Below are positions 45,547 to 57,060 of a stretch of DNA of 64,000 bases, piece by piece. Made by a program: the position numbers and the translations under genes. How positions within the stretch are numbered: the first letter of the stretch is position 1; every line of letters begins with the position of its first letter. The DNA comes from Gammaproteobacteria bacterium (lineage in GTDB: Bacteria > Pseudomonadota > Gammaproteobacteria > Eutrophobiales > Eutrophobiaceae): assembly GCA_963923955.1 (NCBI GenBank), contig OZ000552.1:2182061-2246060 (forward strand), given 5' to 3'. A model generated the notes under the pieces. It did not search any database. It was given only the letters and a program-made list of their open reading frames with translations, and was not told where the DNA came from.

Positions 45547-46764
45547 ATGGCAGAAGCAGCAAAAGCAGACATGTTTGTCTGGGAAGGCACCGATAAAACA
45601 GGCAAAAAGGTCAACGGCGAGATGAGCGGGCAGAGCGATGTGCTGGTCAAGGCCATGCTGCGCCGCCAGGGTGTCAACCCAAGCAAAGTCAAGAAAAAGC
45701 CTAAGCCGCTTCTGGGCGGTGCCAAGGCCAAGATCACGCCCAAAGACATCACCGTGTTTAGCCGCCAGTTGGCGACCATGATGTCTTCCGGGGTGCCGCT
45801 GGTGCAGGCCTTTGAGATCGTCGGCCGCGGCCATGAAAACGCCGGCATGCAGGATCTTATCCTGGGGATTAAGGCCGACATCGAGGCCGGCAACGGGCTG
45901 ACCGAGGCCCTGCGGAAACAGCCGCTTTATTTTAATGATCTGTATTGCAATCTGGTGCAGGCCGGCGAGCAGGCCGGGATCCTGGAGGGGATCCTGCATA
46001 AGCTCGCCACCTACATGGAAAAATCCGAGGCACTCAAATCAAAGATCAAGTCCGCCCTGTTTTACCCGACCGCGGTCATCGTCGTTGCCTTTGTCGTGGT
46101 CAGCATCCTGATGATCTTTGTCATCCCGCAATTCGCCGAATTGTTCAAGGGCTTCGGCGCTGACTTGCCCGCATTAACCCAGTTCCTGGTGGATACCTCG
46201 GACTTTTTCGTTGCCAAGTGGTGGTTAATATTTGGCGGCGTCGGCGGTACGGTCTTTGGGCTGCTGGAATTCAAAAAGCGCTCCACGGCCGCACAGCAGT
46301 TTATCGACCGCTACTCGCTCAAGATACCGGTCATCGGCGAGATCCTGGAGAAATCCGCCATTGCCCGTTTCGCCCGCACCTTGGAAACCATGTTCGCCGC
46401 CGGTACGCCTTTGGTTGAGGCAATGACCTCTGTGGCTGGCGCCTGCGGCAATATCGTTTTTTATGATGCGACCATGAAGATGCGCGATGAAGTATCGACC
46501 GGGACGCAGCTACAGGCCTGCATGCGTGACTCAGGCCTGTTTCCCAACATGGTGGTGCAGATGGTGGCCATTGGCGAGGAGTCAGGCGCGATCGATCAAA
46601 TGCTGGGCAAGGTGGCGGATTGGTATGAGCAGGAAGTGGATGATGCCGTGGAATCACTCACCAGCCTGCTGGAGCCGATGATCATGGCCTTCCTGGGCGT
46701 TGTTATCGGCGGCATCGTTGTTGGCATGTACCTGCCGATCTTCAAGATGGGTGCTGTGGTATAA
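45547..46764 (+). CDS. pilC: type IV pilus platform protein PilC
   Basis: Two GspF-type repeats, 405 aa. Confidence 0.95.
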   Translation: MAEAAKADMFVWEGTDKTGKKVNGEMSGQSDVLVKAMLRRQGVNPSKVKKKPKPLLGGAKAKITPKDITVFSRQLATMMSSGVPLVQAFEIVGRGHENAGMQDLILGIKADIEAGNGLTEALRKQPLYFNDLYCNLVQAGEQAGILEGILHKLATYMEKSEALKSKIKSALFYPTAVIVVAFVVVSILMIFVIPQFAELFKGFGADLPALTQFLVDTSDFFVAKWWLIFGGVGGTVFGLLEFKKRSTAAQQFIDRYSLKIPVIGEILEKSAIARFARTLETMFAAGTPLVEAMTSVAGACGNIVFYDATMKMRDEVSTGTQLQACMRDSGLFPNMVVQMVAIGEESGAIDQMLGKVADWYEQEVDDAVESLTSLLEPMIMAFLGVVIGGIVVGMYLPIFKMGAVV

Positions 46765-46840
46765 GACAGCTTCTCGTTGTTGTCTTTGCATGGGCGGCGC
46801 AGCTCGGCAAGTTTTAAGTACTTGGCATTGAGCTCTCCCC

Positions 46841-47710
46841 GTGTACTTAATTGACTATCTACAGTCATCCGCTGCCGCCTTCTATGTTGTCATAGGCATT
46901 CTCGGCCTGCTCATCGGCAGCTTTCTAAACGTGGTCATTCACCGGCTGCCGAAGATGATGCACGCCGGCTGGCGCAGGGAATGTTGCGAGTTTCTGAAAA
47001 TACAAGATGAGGAGCGCACTGAAGAGCGATATGACCTGATCAAGCCTCGTTCCGGCTGTCCTCATTGTCAACACAAAGTTACTGCATTCGAAAACATTCC
47101 GCTTATCAGTTATCTTGCGCTGGGCGGAAAATGCTCGGCCTGCAAGAGGCCGATCTCGCTGCGCTATCCCGCGGTTGAACTCCTTAGCTGCCTGGCAGCG
47201 CTCACAGTCGCCTGGCACTTCGGTTTCAGTCTCCAGACCGCCTTTGCCCTGCTGCTCACCTGGGCCTTGATTGCCCTGAGCATGATCGACATTGACTGCC
47301 AATTACTGCCGGATGACATCACGCTGCCCTTTTTGTGGCTGGGCCTGGCGCTCAACTTATTCGGCCTGTTCACCGATATACAGTCAAGCCTGATTGGCGC
47401 CATGCTTGGCTATGGCATACTCTGGTCGGTGTACGTGTTGTTTAAGGCGGTAACCGGCAAGGAGGGCATGGGCTTTGGTGATTTCAAATTATTGGCGATG
47501 CTCGGCGCATGGCTAGGCTGGCAGGTGCTGCCCCTCATCATTATTCTTGCTTCCTTAACTGGCGCCATCATTGGTATCGGCATGATCGTGTTGCGTCATC
47601 ACGAGCGCCGAACGCCCATAGCCTTCGGGCCTTATCTTGCCATTGCAGGCTGGGTCGCCCTGATCTGGGGCGCTTGGATAATGAACCAATACAGGCTCTG
47701 GGCAATATGA
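46841..47710 (+). CDS. pilD: prepilin peptidase/N-methyltransferase PilD
   Basis: CxxC...CxxC zinc motif (CPHCQH...CSACK) and A24 peptidase core (GFGDFKLLA). Confidence 0.9.
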   Translation: MYLIDYLQSSAAAFYVVIGILGLLIGSFLNVVIHRLPKMMHAGWRRECCEFLKIQDEERTEERYDLIKPRSGCPHCQHKVTAFENIPLISYLALGGKCSACKRPISLRYPAVELLSCLAALTVAWHFGFSLQTAFALLLTWALIALSMIDIDCQLLPDDITLPFLWLGLALNLFGLFTDIQSSLIGAMLGYGILWSVYVLFKAVTGKEGMGFGDFKLLAMLGAWLGWQVLPLIIILASLTGAIIGIGMIVLRHHERRTPIAFGPYLAIAGWVALIWGAWIMNQYRLWAI

Positions 47711-48342
47711 ATCCAGCCCTGCGTATCGGCGTAAGCGGCGGCATAGGCAGCGGCAAGACAACCGTCTGTGATATGTTTAAAGAACTTGGCGTTCCCGTTA
47801 TTGATGCAGACAGCATCTCGCATCAAGTCACACAAAAAGACGGCCCCGCCTTCCAGGCCATAGTGGATCGCCTTGGTGAGAGCATCGTCTCGGAATCTGG
47901 AGAATTACAACGCGAGCAGCTACGCAAACTGGCCTTTGCCGATGCCGCGGTGCGCGAGCAATTAGAGGCCATCATTCATCCTTTAGTACGGGAAGAAATA
48001 GCAAAGCAAATAGATGCGGTAGCCTCCTGCTATTGTCTGATCAGCATCCCCTTATTATTGGAAAGCGATCAGGCCGGGAACTTCGACCTGATCCTGATCA
48101 TAGACTGTCCTGAAGCATTACAGATCAGCCGCGCCAGCCGCAGAGATAATGCTGATCCGGTAGAGATCAAAAAAATCATCGCCGCCCAGAGCGACAGAAA
48201 GAGCCGTCTTGATAAGGCCGATGATGTTATCTATAACGACAAAGACCTGGCATCGCTCAGAAAACAGGTCAGCTCGCTACACAGAAAATACACCAAGATC
48301 GCGCGAGATAAGCAAAAGACAGGCAAGGAAATCAAACAGTGA
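47707..48342 (+). CDS. coaE: dephospho-CoA kinase
   Basis: MNPALRIGVSGGIGSGKTTV P-loop. ATGA overlap with pilD. ORF-track start 47509 is an in-frame extension. Confidence 0.85.
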   Translation: MNPALRIGVSGGIGSGKTTVCDMFKELGVPVIDADSISHQVTQKDGPAFQAIVDRLGESIVSESGELQREQLRKLAFADAAVREQLEAIIHPLVREEIAKQIDAVASCYCLISIPLLLESDQAGNFDLILIIDCPEALQISRASRRDNADPVEIKKIIAAQSDRKSRLDKADDVIYNDKDLASLRKQVSSLHRKYTKIARDKQKTGKEIKQ

Positions 48343-48519
48343 AATAACAAGCCGGATGCGTACTTAAAATTACCTATGCACAAATCTTTGTAATGAAAGG
48401 GCGCGCTCCTTTCTTCGTATTGAGAATCTGTTTGTTTGACATCCGTGCTGCTGCCACAATCGGCTAAGGTAACACCCGATGACTCTACATAATCTGGGGG
48501 AATAGGACACGAAAGCAGG

Positions 48520-48835
48520 GGACAAGAGCTGGAACACCCGCCTGGAACTGGCCTTCGCCTGGCTCTTGGAAGCCGATGGCGAGGTGGTCTTCCGAAGTGG
48601 TTTAGACAGCCGCTTCACCGACCATGAGAATGCAGGCTTTTCTCTTGCGGGTGCCAACTTCCGTATCAGCACGGATGACGACAGCAGCGTGCACAATGCC
48701 TATGTGGGTGCCGCCCTGCGCTATCGGCTAGATGAACGCCTACACCTAGAGGCCGAGCTAGAATACAGCCATGACATGGGAGAGGTAAGCGAGCGCTCTT
48801 TAAGTGGGCGTGTGCTGGTGGGGGTTGAGTTTTAG
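48520..48835 (+). pseudogene. C-terminal remnant of an outer-membrane beta-barrel/autotransporter translocator domain
   Basis: ...YVGAALRYRLDERLHLEAELEYSHD...GRVLVGVEF has alternating-hydrophobic beta-strands and a terminal aromatic. No N-terminal part anywhere upstream. Confidence 0.35.
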
Positions 48836-48887
48836 GGGGAGTCCGTTAAGCGGCTAACTACTAGCCATCTGGCCGACTAAACTTTTT

Positions 48888-49110
48888 GTGGATTCCCGCT
48901 TGCGCGGGAATGACGCTTGACTTGGCTGGGGAACGGAAGGATCGTTATTTCTAGCTTGACCAGGAATCCATAAAATACCCTAAACATCGCCTGATCAAGA
49001 CCAAAAGGGACGGATTCGGTAGCAGGGATCGGATAAGCGGTATGGGTTTTTCGACTGGATTCCTGCTTCCGCAGGAGTGGCCGGAAAAGGATTTCTTGCT
49101 GAACCTTCTT
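48888..49110. repeat. mosaic palindromic repeat cluster C (inverted copy of the cluster A/B composite)
   Basis: tggattcccgcttgcgcgggaatgac is the reverse complement of gtcattcccgcgcaagcgggaatcca at about 54036. ttgaccaggaatcca..., ...ccaaaagg and cggataagcggtat also match cluster B in reverse. Confidence 0.6.
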
Positions 49111-49363
49111 AGATTCTTGGCCGAGCCGGGAATAACGAGTACGATCAGGCCTGTTTAAGAATGTCTGCCATACAAAGCGTCGATTGAAACGCTGCATAAT
49201 CTGACGAGAAGCTAACGCCTGCCTGGTGTCGAGAATCTGATTCTTAAATAAAGAGTTTCCAATCAGCGGCGACTCGGCTTAGAATTGGCCTTTAGTCTTT
49301 AAGACCACGGAATTTGCCCGGCGGATTCGGGTTAATCTGTTTTTCGTTTGTTAGAGGAAGCTC

Positions 49364-50416
49364 ATGGCTGGAAACCTGATTGATAAAAATATACTGAAAT
49401 CCTTTGTGCCGCCCAGTGCGCTGAATGCCGAGAATTTTCAGGAGTTGGCCGGCAAGACCTTTGTGGAAGAGCTTGCCGTGGGCAAGACCATCTTCAAGGC
49501 CGGCGATACGGATCGCAAGGCGATTTATCTGATTGAAGGTGATGTGCAGCTTACCGATGCCGGCGGTCAGGCCTCGCAGGTGACGGCGGGCACGGATATC
49601 GCCCGGCACCCGCTTGCCAATCAACAGCCGCGTAATTACAGCGCGGTTGCCAGAACGGCATGCAAGATCACCCGCATAGACAGCGATCTTCTGGATATTT
49701 TGTTGACCTGGGATCAGTTGTCCGGGATTGAGGTGGATGAAATCTCCGCTGACGAAGAAGAGGCCGATGAGGATGGCAGCGGCGATTGGATGACGCGCAT
49801 CCTGCAATCAAAGGCCTTCCTGCAGGTGCCGCCCGCCAATATCCAGGCGATGTTTATGCGCATCCAGGAGGTGCCAGTCAAGGCGGGTCAGGCCATTATC
49901 AAACAGGGCGGTGCCGGTGATTATTATTACATTATCAAGAGTGGCAAATGCAAAGTGACACGCACAGCAAAGACCGGTTCGGAGTTGGTGTTGGCCACTC
50001 TGGGTGATGGAGATGCCTTCGGTGAGGAGGCGCTTTTATCTGAGGCAAAGCGTAATGCGAATATAACCATGACGACCGATGGTGTCTTAATGCGCTTGTC
50101 AAAGCATGATTTTAATGAGCTCCTAAAAGAGCCCATGTTGAGTTGGGTTAGCAAGGCAGAGGGCGATAAGATGGTGGCCGAAGGCGCCGTCTGGGTGGAT
50201 GTGCGCCTAAGTAGTGAACATAAAAACAACGGCCTGAAGGGCAGCATCAACCTGCCGCTGTTTATGTTGCGCTTAAAAGCGGATAAGCTTGATGCCGCCA
50301 AGACCTATATCCTCTATTGCGATACCGGCCGGCGCAGTTCCGCGGCGGCCTTTCTCTTAGGCGAGCGCGGCCTAACCACCTATTGCTTACAAGGCGGCTT
50401 AACCGCGGCCGGCTGA
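49364..50416 (+). CDS. tandem cyclic-nucleotide-binding (CAP-like) domains fused to a C-terminal rhodanese domain
   Basis: Two cNMP-binding-like beta-roll regions (…IYLIEGDVQL… and …YYIIKSGKCKV…GDAFGEEALL…). C-terminal rhodanese with active-site loop YCDTGRRSS. Confidence 0.7.
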   Translation: MAGNLIDKNILKSFVPPSALNAENFQELAGKTFVEELAVGKTIFKAGDTDRKAIYLIEGDVQLTDAGGQASQVTAGTDIARHPLANQQPRNYSAVARTACKITRIDSDLLDILLTWDQLSGIEVDEISADEEEADEDGSGDWMTRILQSKAFLQVPPANIQAMFMRIQEVPVKAGQAIIKQGGAGDYYYIIKSGKCKVTRTAKTGSELVLATLGDGDAFGEEALLSEAKRNANITMTTDGVLMRLSKHDFNELLKEPMLSWVSKAEGDKMVAEGAVWVDVRLSSEHKNNGLKGSINLPLFMLRLKADKLDAAKTYILYCDTGRRSSAAAFLLGERGLTTYCLQGGLTAAG

Positions 50417-50461
50417 TCTTTAAGGCCGGCCAGCCGCCGTCTTCCCTGTTTTCATCCTGAT

Positions 50462-51304
50462 GTGAGCCCCGCTTTCCGGCTTGACCCTGACTGCGCAAAC
50501 TATGCCGTCATAGGAAATCCCATCGCGCACAGCCTCTCCCCCACCATCCATCAGGCCTTCGCACGGCAGTGCGGGATCGAAGTTGGCTATCAGGCGCTGT
50601 TGGTGGAAGTCAATGGCCTTGCCGATGCCCTGTCTGAATTTCAACGGCAGGGCGGTGCCGGCCTGAATATCACCTCGCCCTTTAAGCAGGAGGCTTATGA
50701 ATGGGTCAGGCACAGCAGCGATAAGGCCGCCCGCGCCGGGGCGATCAATACCCTCTGGTTTGATGAAAAAGGTGAAAGCCACGGGGATACCACCGATGGT
50801 GCCGGCCTGCTCTATGACCTGGCACATCACCGCATCAGCATCGGCGGGAAGAGGCTCTTGGTGCTGGGGGCGGGCGGGGCGGTGCGCAGTGTGCTGGGTG
50901 ATCTACTGGCCGCAGAACCCGGCGAGTTGATGATCGCCAATCGCAGCCTGGCCCGGGCCGAAGCCTTGCTCGGCCTCTTTTCTGATTTTTCTTCTCTGCG
51001 CGTGAGCGGATATGCTGATCTCAAGGCCAGGCCCTATGATGTGATCATCAATGCCAGCGCCGCTTCCCTGCACGGCGCGCTGCCGCTGCTGCCCGATGGT
51101 ATTTTGCGGGAGGGCGGCGTCTGTTACGACATGAGCTATGCACGGCAGGACACGCCCTTTGTCTGCTGGGGTCGGGCGCATGGCGCCGGCATTGCCGTTG
51201 ACGGCATCGGTATGCTGGTGGCTCAAGCCGCGGAATCCTTTTATATCTGGCACGGCTTGAAGCCTCAGACGGAAGCGGTCATTGCCATGCTGAAAAGAAC
51301 GTAG
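50462..51304 (+). CDS. aroE: shikimate dehydrogenase
   Basis: YAVIGNPIAHSLSP...NITSPFK...LGAGGA motifs. GTG or alternative start. Confidence 0.85.
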   Translation: MSPAFRLDPDCANYAVIGNPIAHSLSPTIHQAFARQCGIEVGYQALLVEVNGLADALSEFQRQGGAGLNITSPFKQEAYEWVRHSSDKAARAGAINTLWFDEKGESHGDTTDGAGLLYDLAHHRISIGGKRLLVLGAGGAVRSVLGDLLAAEPGELMIANRSLARAEALLGLFSDFSSLRVSGYADLKARPYDVIINASAASLHGALPLLPDGILREGGVCYDMSYARQDTPFVCWGRAHGAGIAVDGIGMLVAQAAESFYIWHGLKPQTEAVIAMLKRT

Positions 51305-51329
51305 CCTCAAGGAAACTTCCGAACAAGCC

Positions 51330-52643
51330 CTAGAGTCCCTGCCATCGATCCATCAGATCGGGCAGCCACAGGATCAGCTGCGGGAATAGAGCTAACAAGA
51401 TGATGGTAATGAGCTGCAGCACAACGAAGGGCAATACGCCCTGATAGATGTGCTGAATGCCTATCTGTGCGGGCGCGACCGCCTTGAGATAAAACAGCGA
51501 GAAGCCAAAGGGCGGGGTTAAAAAGGAAGTCTGCAGGTTAATGGCTATTAAGATGGCCAGCCATAACAGATCTATACCTAAGCTACTGGCAATGGGCGCA
51601 AGAATCGGCACGACAATAAAACAGATCTGCAGGAAGTCCAGAAAAAAACCCAGCAGGAAGATCATCAGCATGGCCGCAGCAAGGAAGCCCCAGTTGCCGC
51701 CGGGCAGGTTGCTCATCACATCGAGCACGAGGCCATCGCCGCCCATGCCGCGAAACACCAGGCCGAAGGCGGTTGCACCGATCAAGATAAGAAAGACCAT
51801 GCTGGTCAGGCGCGTGGTCAGGCGCATGGCCTCTTGCAGATTCTCCAAGGTAAGTTTTTTGTGGATGGCGGCCAGCAGCATCGCCCCCAGGGCGCCGACC
51901 GCGGCGGATTCCGTCGGCGAGGCCACCCCGAAGAAGATCGAGCCCAGCACTCCCAGCACCAGCAGCAGGGGCGGCAGCAGGGTGAAGGCGACCTTCTTTG
52001 CCAGACTGGCGTCCTGGGTTGTGGCCAGAGCAGGCGCGGTCTCAGGCTTTAGCCAAGCGGTGATGCCAATGTAGAGCAGAAACAGCATGACCAACAGGGC
52101 GCCCGGGATGACGGCGCCGATGAATAAGCGTCCTACCGGGACACCCATCACGTCCCCGAGCAGGATGAGGATGATGCTGGGCGGGATGATCTGTCCGAGC
52201 GTCCCGGCCGCGGCAATGGTGCCACAGGCCAGCTGCGGCAGGTAATGCCGCTTTAACATGGTGGGCAGGGCGATGATCCCCATGGTGACGACCGTTGCCC
52301 CGACCACGCCGGTTGTGGCCGCCAACAAGGCACCGACTATCACCACCGAAATGGCCAGGCCGCCGCGCAGCTTGCCAAACAAGAGCCCCATGGTCTCCAG
52401 CAGCTCTTCTGCCAGGCCCGATTTGTCCAGCACGATGCCCATGAAGATAAACAGCGGCACGGCCAGCAGGGTGAAGTTGGTCATCACACCCCAGATACGC
52501 AGGGGTAGCAGGTTAAAGAAATCCACCCCGAGAAAGATGCTGCCGAATAACAAGGCCACCGCCCCCAGCGTGAAGGCGACCGGATAGCCCAGCAGGAGCA
52601 GCAGCATCAGGCTGCAAAACATGACAATCACCCAGAGCGTCAT
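51330..52643 (-). CDS. dctM: TRAP transporter large permease subunit DctM
   Basis: MTLWVIVMFCSLMLLLLLGYPVAFTLG... 12-TM DctM architecture. ORF-track start 52841 is an extension over dctQ. Confidence 0.9.
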   Translation of the reverse strand: MTLWVIVMFCSLMLLLLLGYPVAFTLGAVALLFGSIFLGVDFFNLLPLRIWGVMTNFTLLAVPLFIFMGIVLDKSGLAEELLETMGLLFGKLRGGLAISVVIVGALLAATTGVVGATVVTMGIIALPTMLKRHYLPQLACGTIAAAGTLGQIIPPSIILILLGDVMGVPVGRLFIGAVIPGALLVMLFLLYIGITAWLKPETAPALATTQDASLAKKVAFTLLPPLLLVLGVLGSIFFGVASPTESAAVGALGAMLLAAIHKKLTLENLQEAMRLTTRLTSMVFLILIGATAFGLVFRGMGGDGLVLDVMSNLPGGNWGFLAAAMLMIFLLGFFLDFLQICFIVVPILAPIASSLGIDLLWLAILIAINLQTSFLTPPFGFSLFYLKAVAPAQIGIQHIYQGVLPFVVLQLITIILLALFPQLILWLPDLMDRWQGL

Positions 52644-53179
52644 GGCTGTCTTCCGATGATGATTATTTTCAGATTTTTCAATATATCGGCCAGGCCCTGC
52701 AGCATGAGCAAGATGAAGCCGAGCGGGATGGCCGCCTTTAGCAGCCAGCGGTAGGCCAGTCCGCCGGGGTCGGGCGAGCCTTCCGCGTATTGGTAGGATT
52801 GAGAAAGGAAGGGCCAGGCGCAGACGATGACAAGCAAGCAAAAGGGCATGAGGAAGAATACGCCGCCGGCCAAGTTCACCCAGGCGCGCCGCTGTGCATC
52901 CATGAAGCGGCTCTGGTAGAACAGGTCCAACCTGACGTGCGCGTCATGTTTGAAGGTATAGGCCGCGCCAAGCAGGAAGATGATAGAGAATAGATGCCAT
53001 TCCAGTTCCTGCAAGGCGACCGAGCCGCTTTGAAAAAGGTAACGCATGCTAACGTCATAGCCGACCAGCACTACCAGGGCCAGCACCAGCCAAGAGACGC
53101 ATCTCCCGCTCCACTCGCTAAAGGAATCGATTACTTCAGAGACAGCGTCAATGAGTCTAATCATGGGGCTTGTATTCAT
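52640..53179 (-). CDS. dctQ: TRAP transporter small permease subunit DctQ
   Basis: 4-TM, about 170 aa. ATGA overlap with dctM. Confidence 0.8.
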   Translation of the reverse strand: MNTSPMIRLIDAVSEVIDSFSEWSGRCVSWLVLALVVLVGYDVSMRYLFQSGSVALQELEWHLFSIIFLLGAAYTFKHDAHVRLDLFYQSRFMDAQRRAWVNLAGGVFFLMPFCLLVIVCAWPFLSQSYQYAEGSPDPGGLAYRWLLKAAIPLGFILLMLQGLADILKNLKIIIIGRQP

Positions 53180-53689
53180 TTGTTATTATTGTTACTTATT
53201 TGCTGTCCGGGCAGTATAACCTTAAGGCGGGCTTGGCTGTGCGGCTTGTGTGAGGCCGGATCCTTAGAAAATGCGCCGATGCACACGAGATTTCAGTTAT
53301 TCACATCATGATTCATCGGCGCTGGGAAAATCCAGGTTACGAGAGCAATTATAAGATAGATCTCGATAGAACATCATAACTAACTGATTACTATCACTAT
53401 TATTCAATTTTAACCCCAAAACCCCCAAGCCTTCTGCACAAACAAAGACAAAGCTGACAGCCTGTAATTCACAGACTTATCCACAAATGACTACGTTATT
53501 GATTTTTTGGGGGCCTTGCTTAGCAGAGCGGGTTTTCTTGAAGGCATCTTAAGCCGGGGCCTGGCCTTGTTGAAAGCGTGGTGATAGAAGACTGCTTACG
53601 TCTCCTTAGAAGTGCAAACGGTAAGTGTGTTCTGGTGCGCCCTTGGACCTGGCCAAGCGGATCTTAACCATACCCCCCGTTCTATCCCC

Positions 53690-54135
53690 CTCGTCATTCC
53701 CCCCCTTACCTGCGAGCAGGGGCAGGAACCCACCGGGCTCCTGCCTCTCCGTCATTCCCGTGCAAGAACGTCACCCCTGCCTGCGAGCAGGGGCAGACAC
53801 TTCTTGTGTCATTCCTGCGGAAGCAGGAACCAGTCGAATGGATCATACCTCTTACTTCGCTCTCCGCTATTGCCCCTTGCCCCTTTTGGCTTTGATCAAG
53901 GTGTATTCAGGGTATTTTTATGGATTCCTGGTCAAGCCAGGAATGACGAGTCATAGATGGCGGTGTTGTCTTAACCGTCCATTCCTGCCTGCGAGCAGGA
54001 GAAGGAATCCACTTAGTCCTCTCTTCGCGTCATTCCCGCGCAAGCGGGAATCCAGTCAAACAACTATACCGCTTATCCGTATTGAATTGGGTGTCCCCTC
54101 CCTGCGCCATAAGGAAACTCTGATTTGGATTAATG
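53690..54135. repeat. mosaic palindromic repeat cluster B (largest copy; multiple ATTCCY-N8-10-RGGAAT units, includes canonical gtcattcccgcgcaagcgggaatcca)
   Basis: At least six inverted-repeat units. Shares long collinear blocks with cluster A (586-775) and, inverted, with cluster C. ORF-track ORFs here are spurious. Confidence 0.65.
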
Positions 54136-54155
54136 GTTTTCTTAAATCTATAAAC

Positions 54156-54503
<348 letters not shown>

Positions 54504-54594
54504 TCATTTTATAGAGCGCATATAGTAACCAGCTTCGCAGATGATCGTAAAGTAAAAAAATGGGCGTGCTTACTCACACACCCACTTCCATTAG

Positions 54595-55863
54595 CTATGA
54601 TGGCGCAACAAACTCTGGATAGGCCTCCATGCCGCACTCGGCGAGATCGGTGCCATCGTATTCCTGCTCCTCGCTGATGCGAATGCCTATGGCCGCTTTG
54701 ATGATGGACCAAACAATCAGGCTGGCAACGAATACCCAGACAAAGATGGTCAAGAGACCAATTAGCTGGCCGCTGAATGAGGCGGCTTGGTTGGTGAAGG
54801 GAACGGCCAACAGGCCCCACATGCCGACCACCCCGTGTACCGATATTGCCCCCACCGGATCATCGATCTTTAATTTATCCAGCAAGACGATGGAGAACAC
54901 CACGATGACACCGCCGACACCGCCGATCAGGGTGGCGCTTAGGGCCGATGGCGTTGAGGGTTCAGCGGTAATGGCCACCAGACCGGCCAGTGCGCCGTTT
55001 AATGCCATGGTCAAATCCGCCTTGCCGAATTTTAGCTGGGATACCAGCAAGGCGGCAACCAGCCCACCGGCCGCCGCTGCATTGGTATTTAAGAACACCA
55101 TCGCCACAGAATTGGCGCTAGCGACATCCCCCAGCTTGAGCACGGACCCGCCATTAAAACCAAACCAGCCCATCCACAAGATAAAGGTGCCCAACGCCGC
55201 CAGCGGCAGGTTGGCACCAGGTATGGCATTCACCCGGCCATCCGCGGCATATTTCCCCTTGCGCGCACCCAGCAGGAGGACGCCGGCCAAGGCTGCGCTG
55301 GCCCCGGCCATGTGCACAATCCCGGAGCCGGCGAAATCAGAAAAGCCAAGATCAGCCAAGCTATACAGGCCGAACACCTCCTTGCCGCCCCAGGTCCAGC
55401 TGCCTTCCAGCGGGTAGATGAAGGCGGTCATGACCACTGCGAATGCCAAGAAGGCCCACAGTTTCATGCGCTCGGCCACGGCGCCGGATACGATCGACAT
55501 GGCGGTGGCAACAAAGACCACCTGGAAGAAAAATTCCGCGGCGCTTGCATACACCGAGTCGCCACCGAAGCCGTTCTCCTTTGATGCGGCCAGTGCGTCC
55601 AGCACCAGTGTCTCCCCGCCTGCTATGCCGGCAAGAAAATAACCGCCGCCGTACATGAGGGCGTAGCCACAGACCATGTACATGATGCAGGATACGGCAA
55701 ACAGGGCGACATTCTTGGTTAAGATCTCGATGGTATTCTTGGCCCGCACCAGGCCGGCCTCCAGCATGGCAAAGCCCGCGGCCATCCACATCACCAGCGC
55801 ACCACAGATGAGAAAATAGAAGGTGTCCAGCGCATACTGTAATTCAAAGATATTATTTTCCAC
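54595..55863 (-). CDS. amtB: ammonium transporter AmtB
   Basis: 422 aa, 11-12 TM. Conserved twin-His pore region and D160-like motif. Confidence 0.9.
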   Translation of the reverse strand: MENNIFELQYALDTFYFLICGALVMWMAAGFAMLEAGLVRAKNTIEILTKNVALFAVSCIMYMVCGYALMYGGGYFLAGIAGGETLVLDALAASKENGFGGDSVYASAAEFFFQVVFVATAMSIVSGAVAERMKLWAFLAFAVVMTAFIYPLEGSWTWGGKEVFGLYSLADLGFSDFAGSGIVHMAGASAALAGVLLLGARKGKYAADGRVNAIPGANLPLAALGTFILWMGWFGFNGGSVLKLGDVASANSVAMVFLNTNAAAAGGLVAALLVSQLKFGKADLTMALNGALAGLVAITAEPSTPSALSATLIGGVGGVIVVFSIVLLDKLKIDDPVGAISVHGVVGMWGLLAVPFTNQAASFSGQLIGLLTIFVWVFVASLIVWSIIKAAIGIRISEEQEYDGTDLAECGMEAYPEFVAPS

Positions 55864-55932
55864 GGATAAGACTCCTTAAATGACTAACGAATGATTAATG
55901 TGCTTGTTAAAAGATTGCAGGAAGTTATAAAG

Positions 55933-57025
<1,093 letters not shown>

Positions 57026-57060
57026 TCACCCCAAAAAGTTTTAGAAAATAGACTTGGCCT

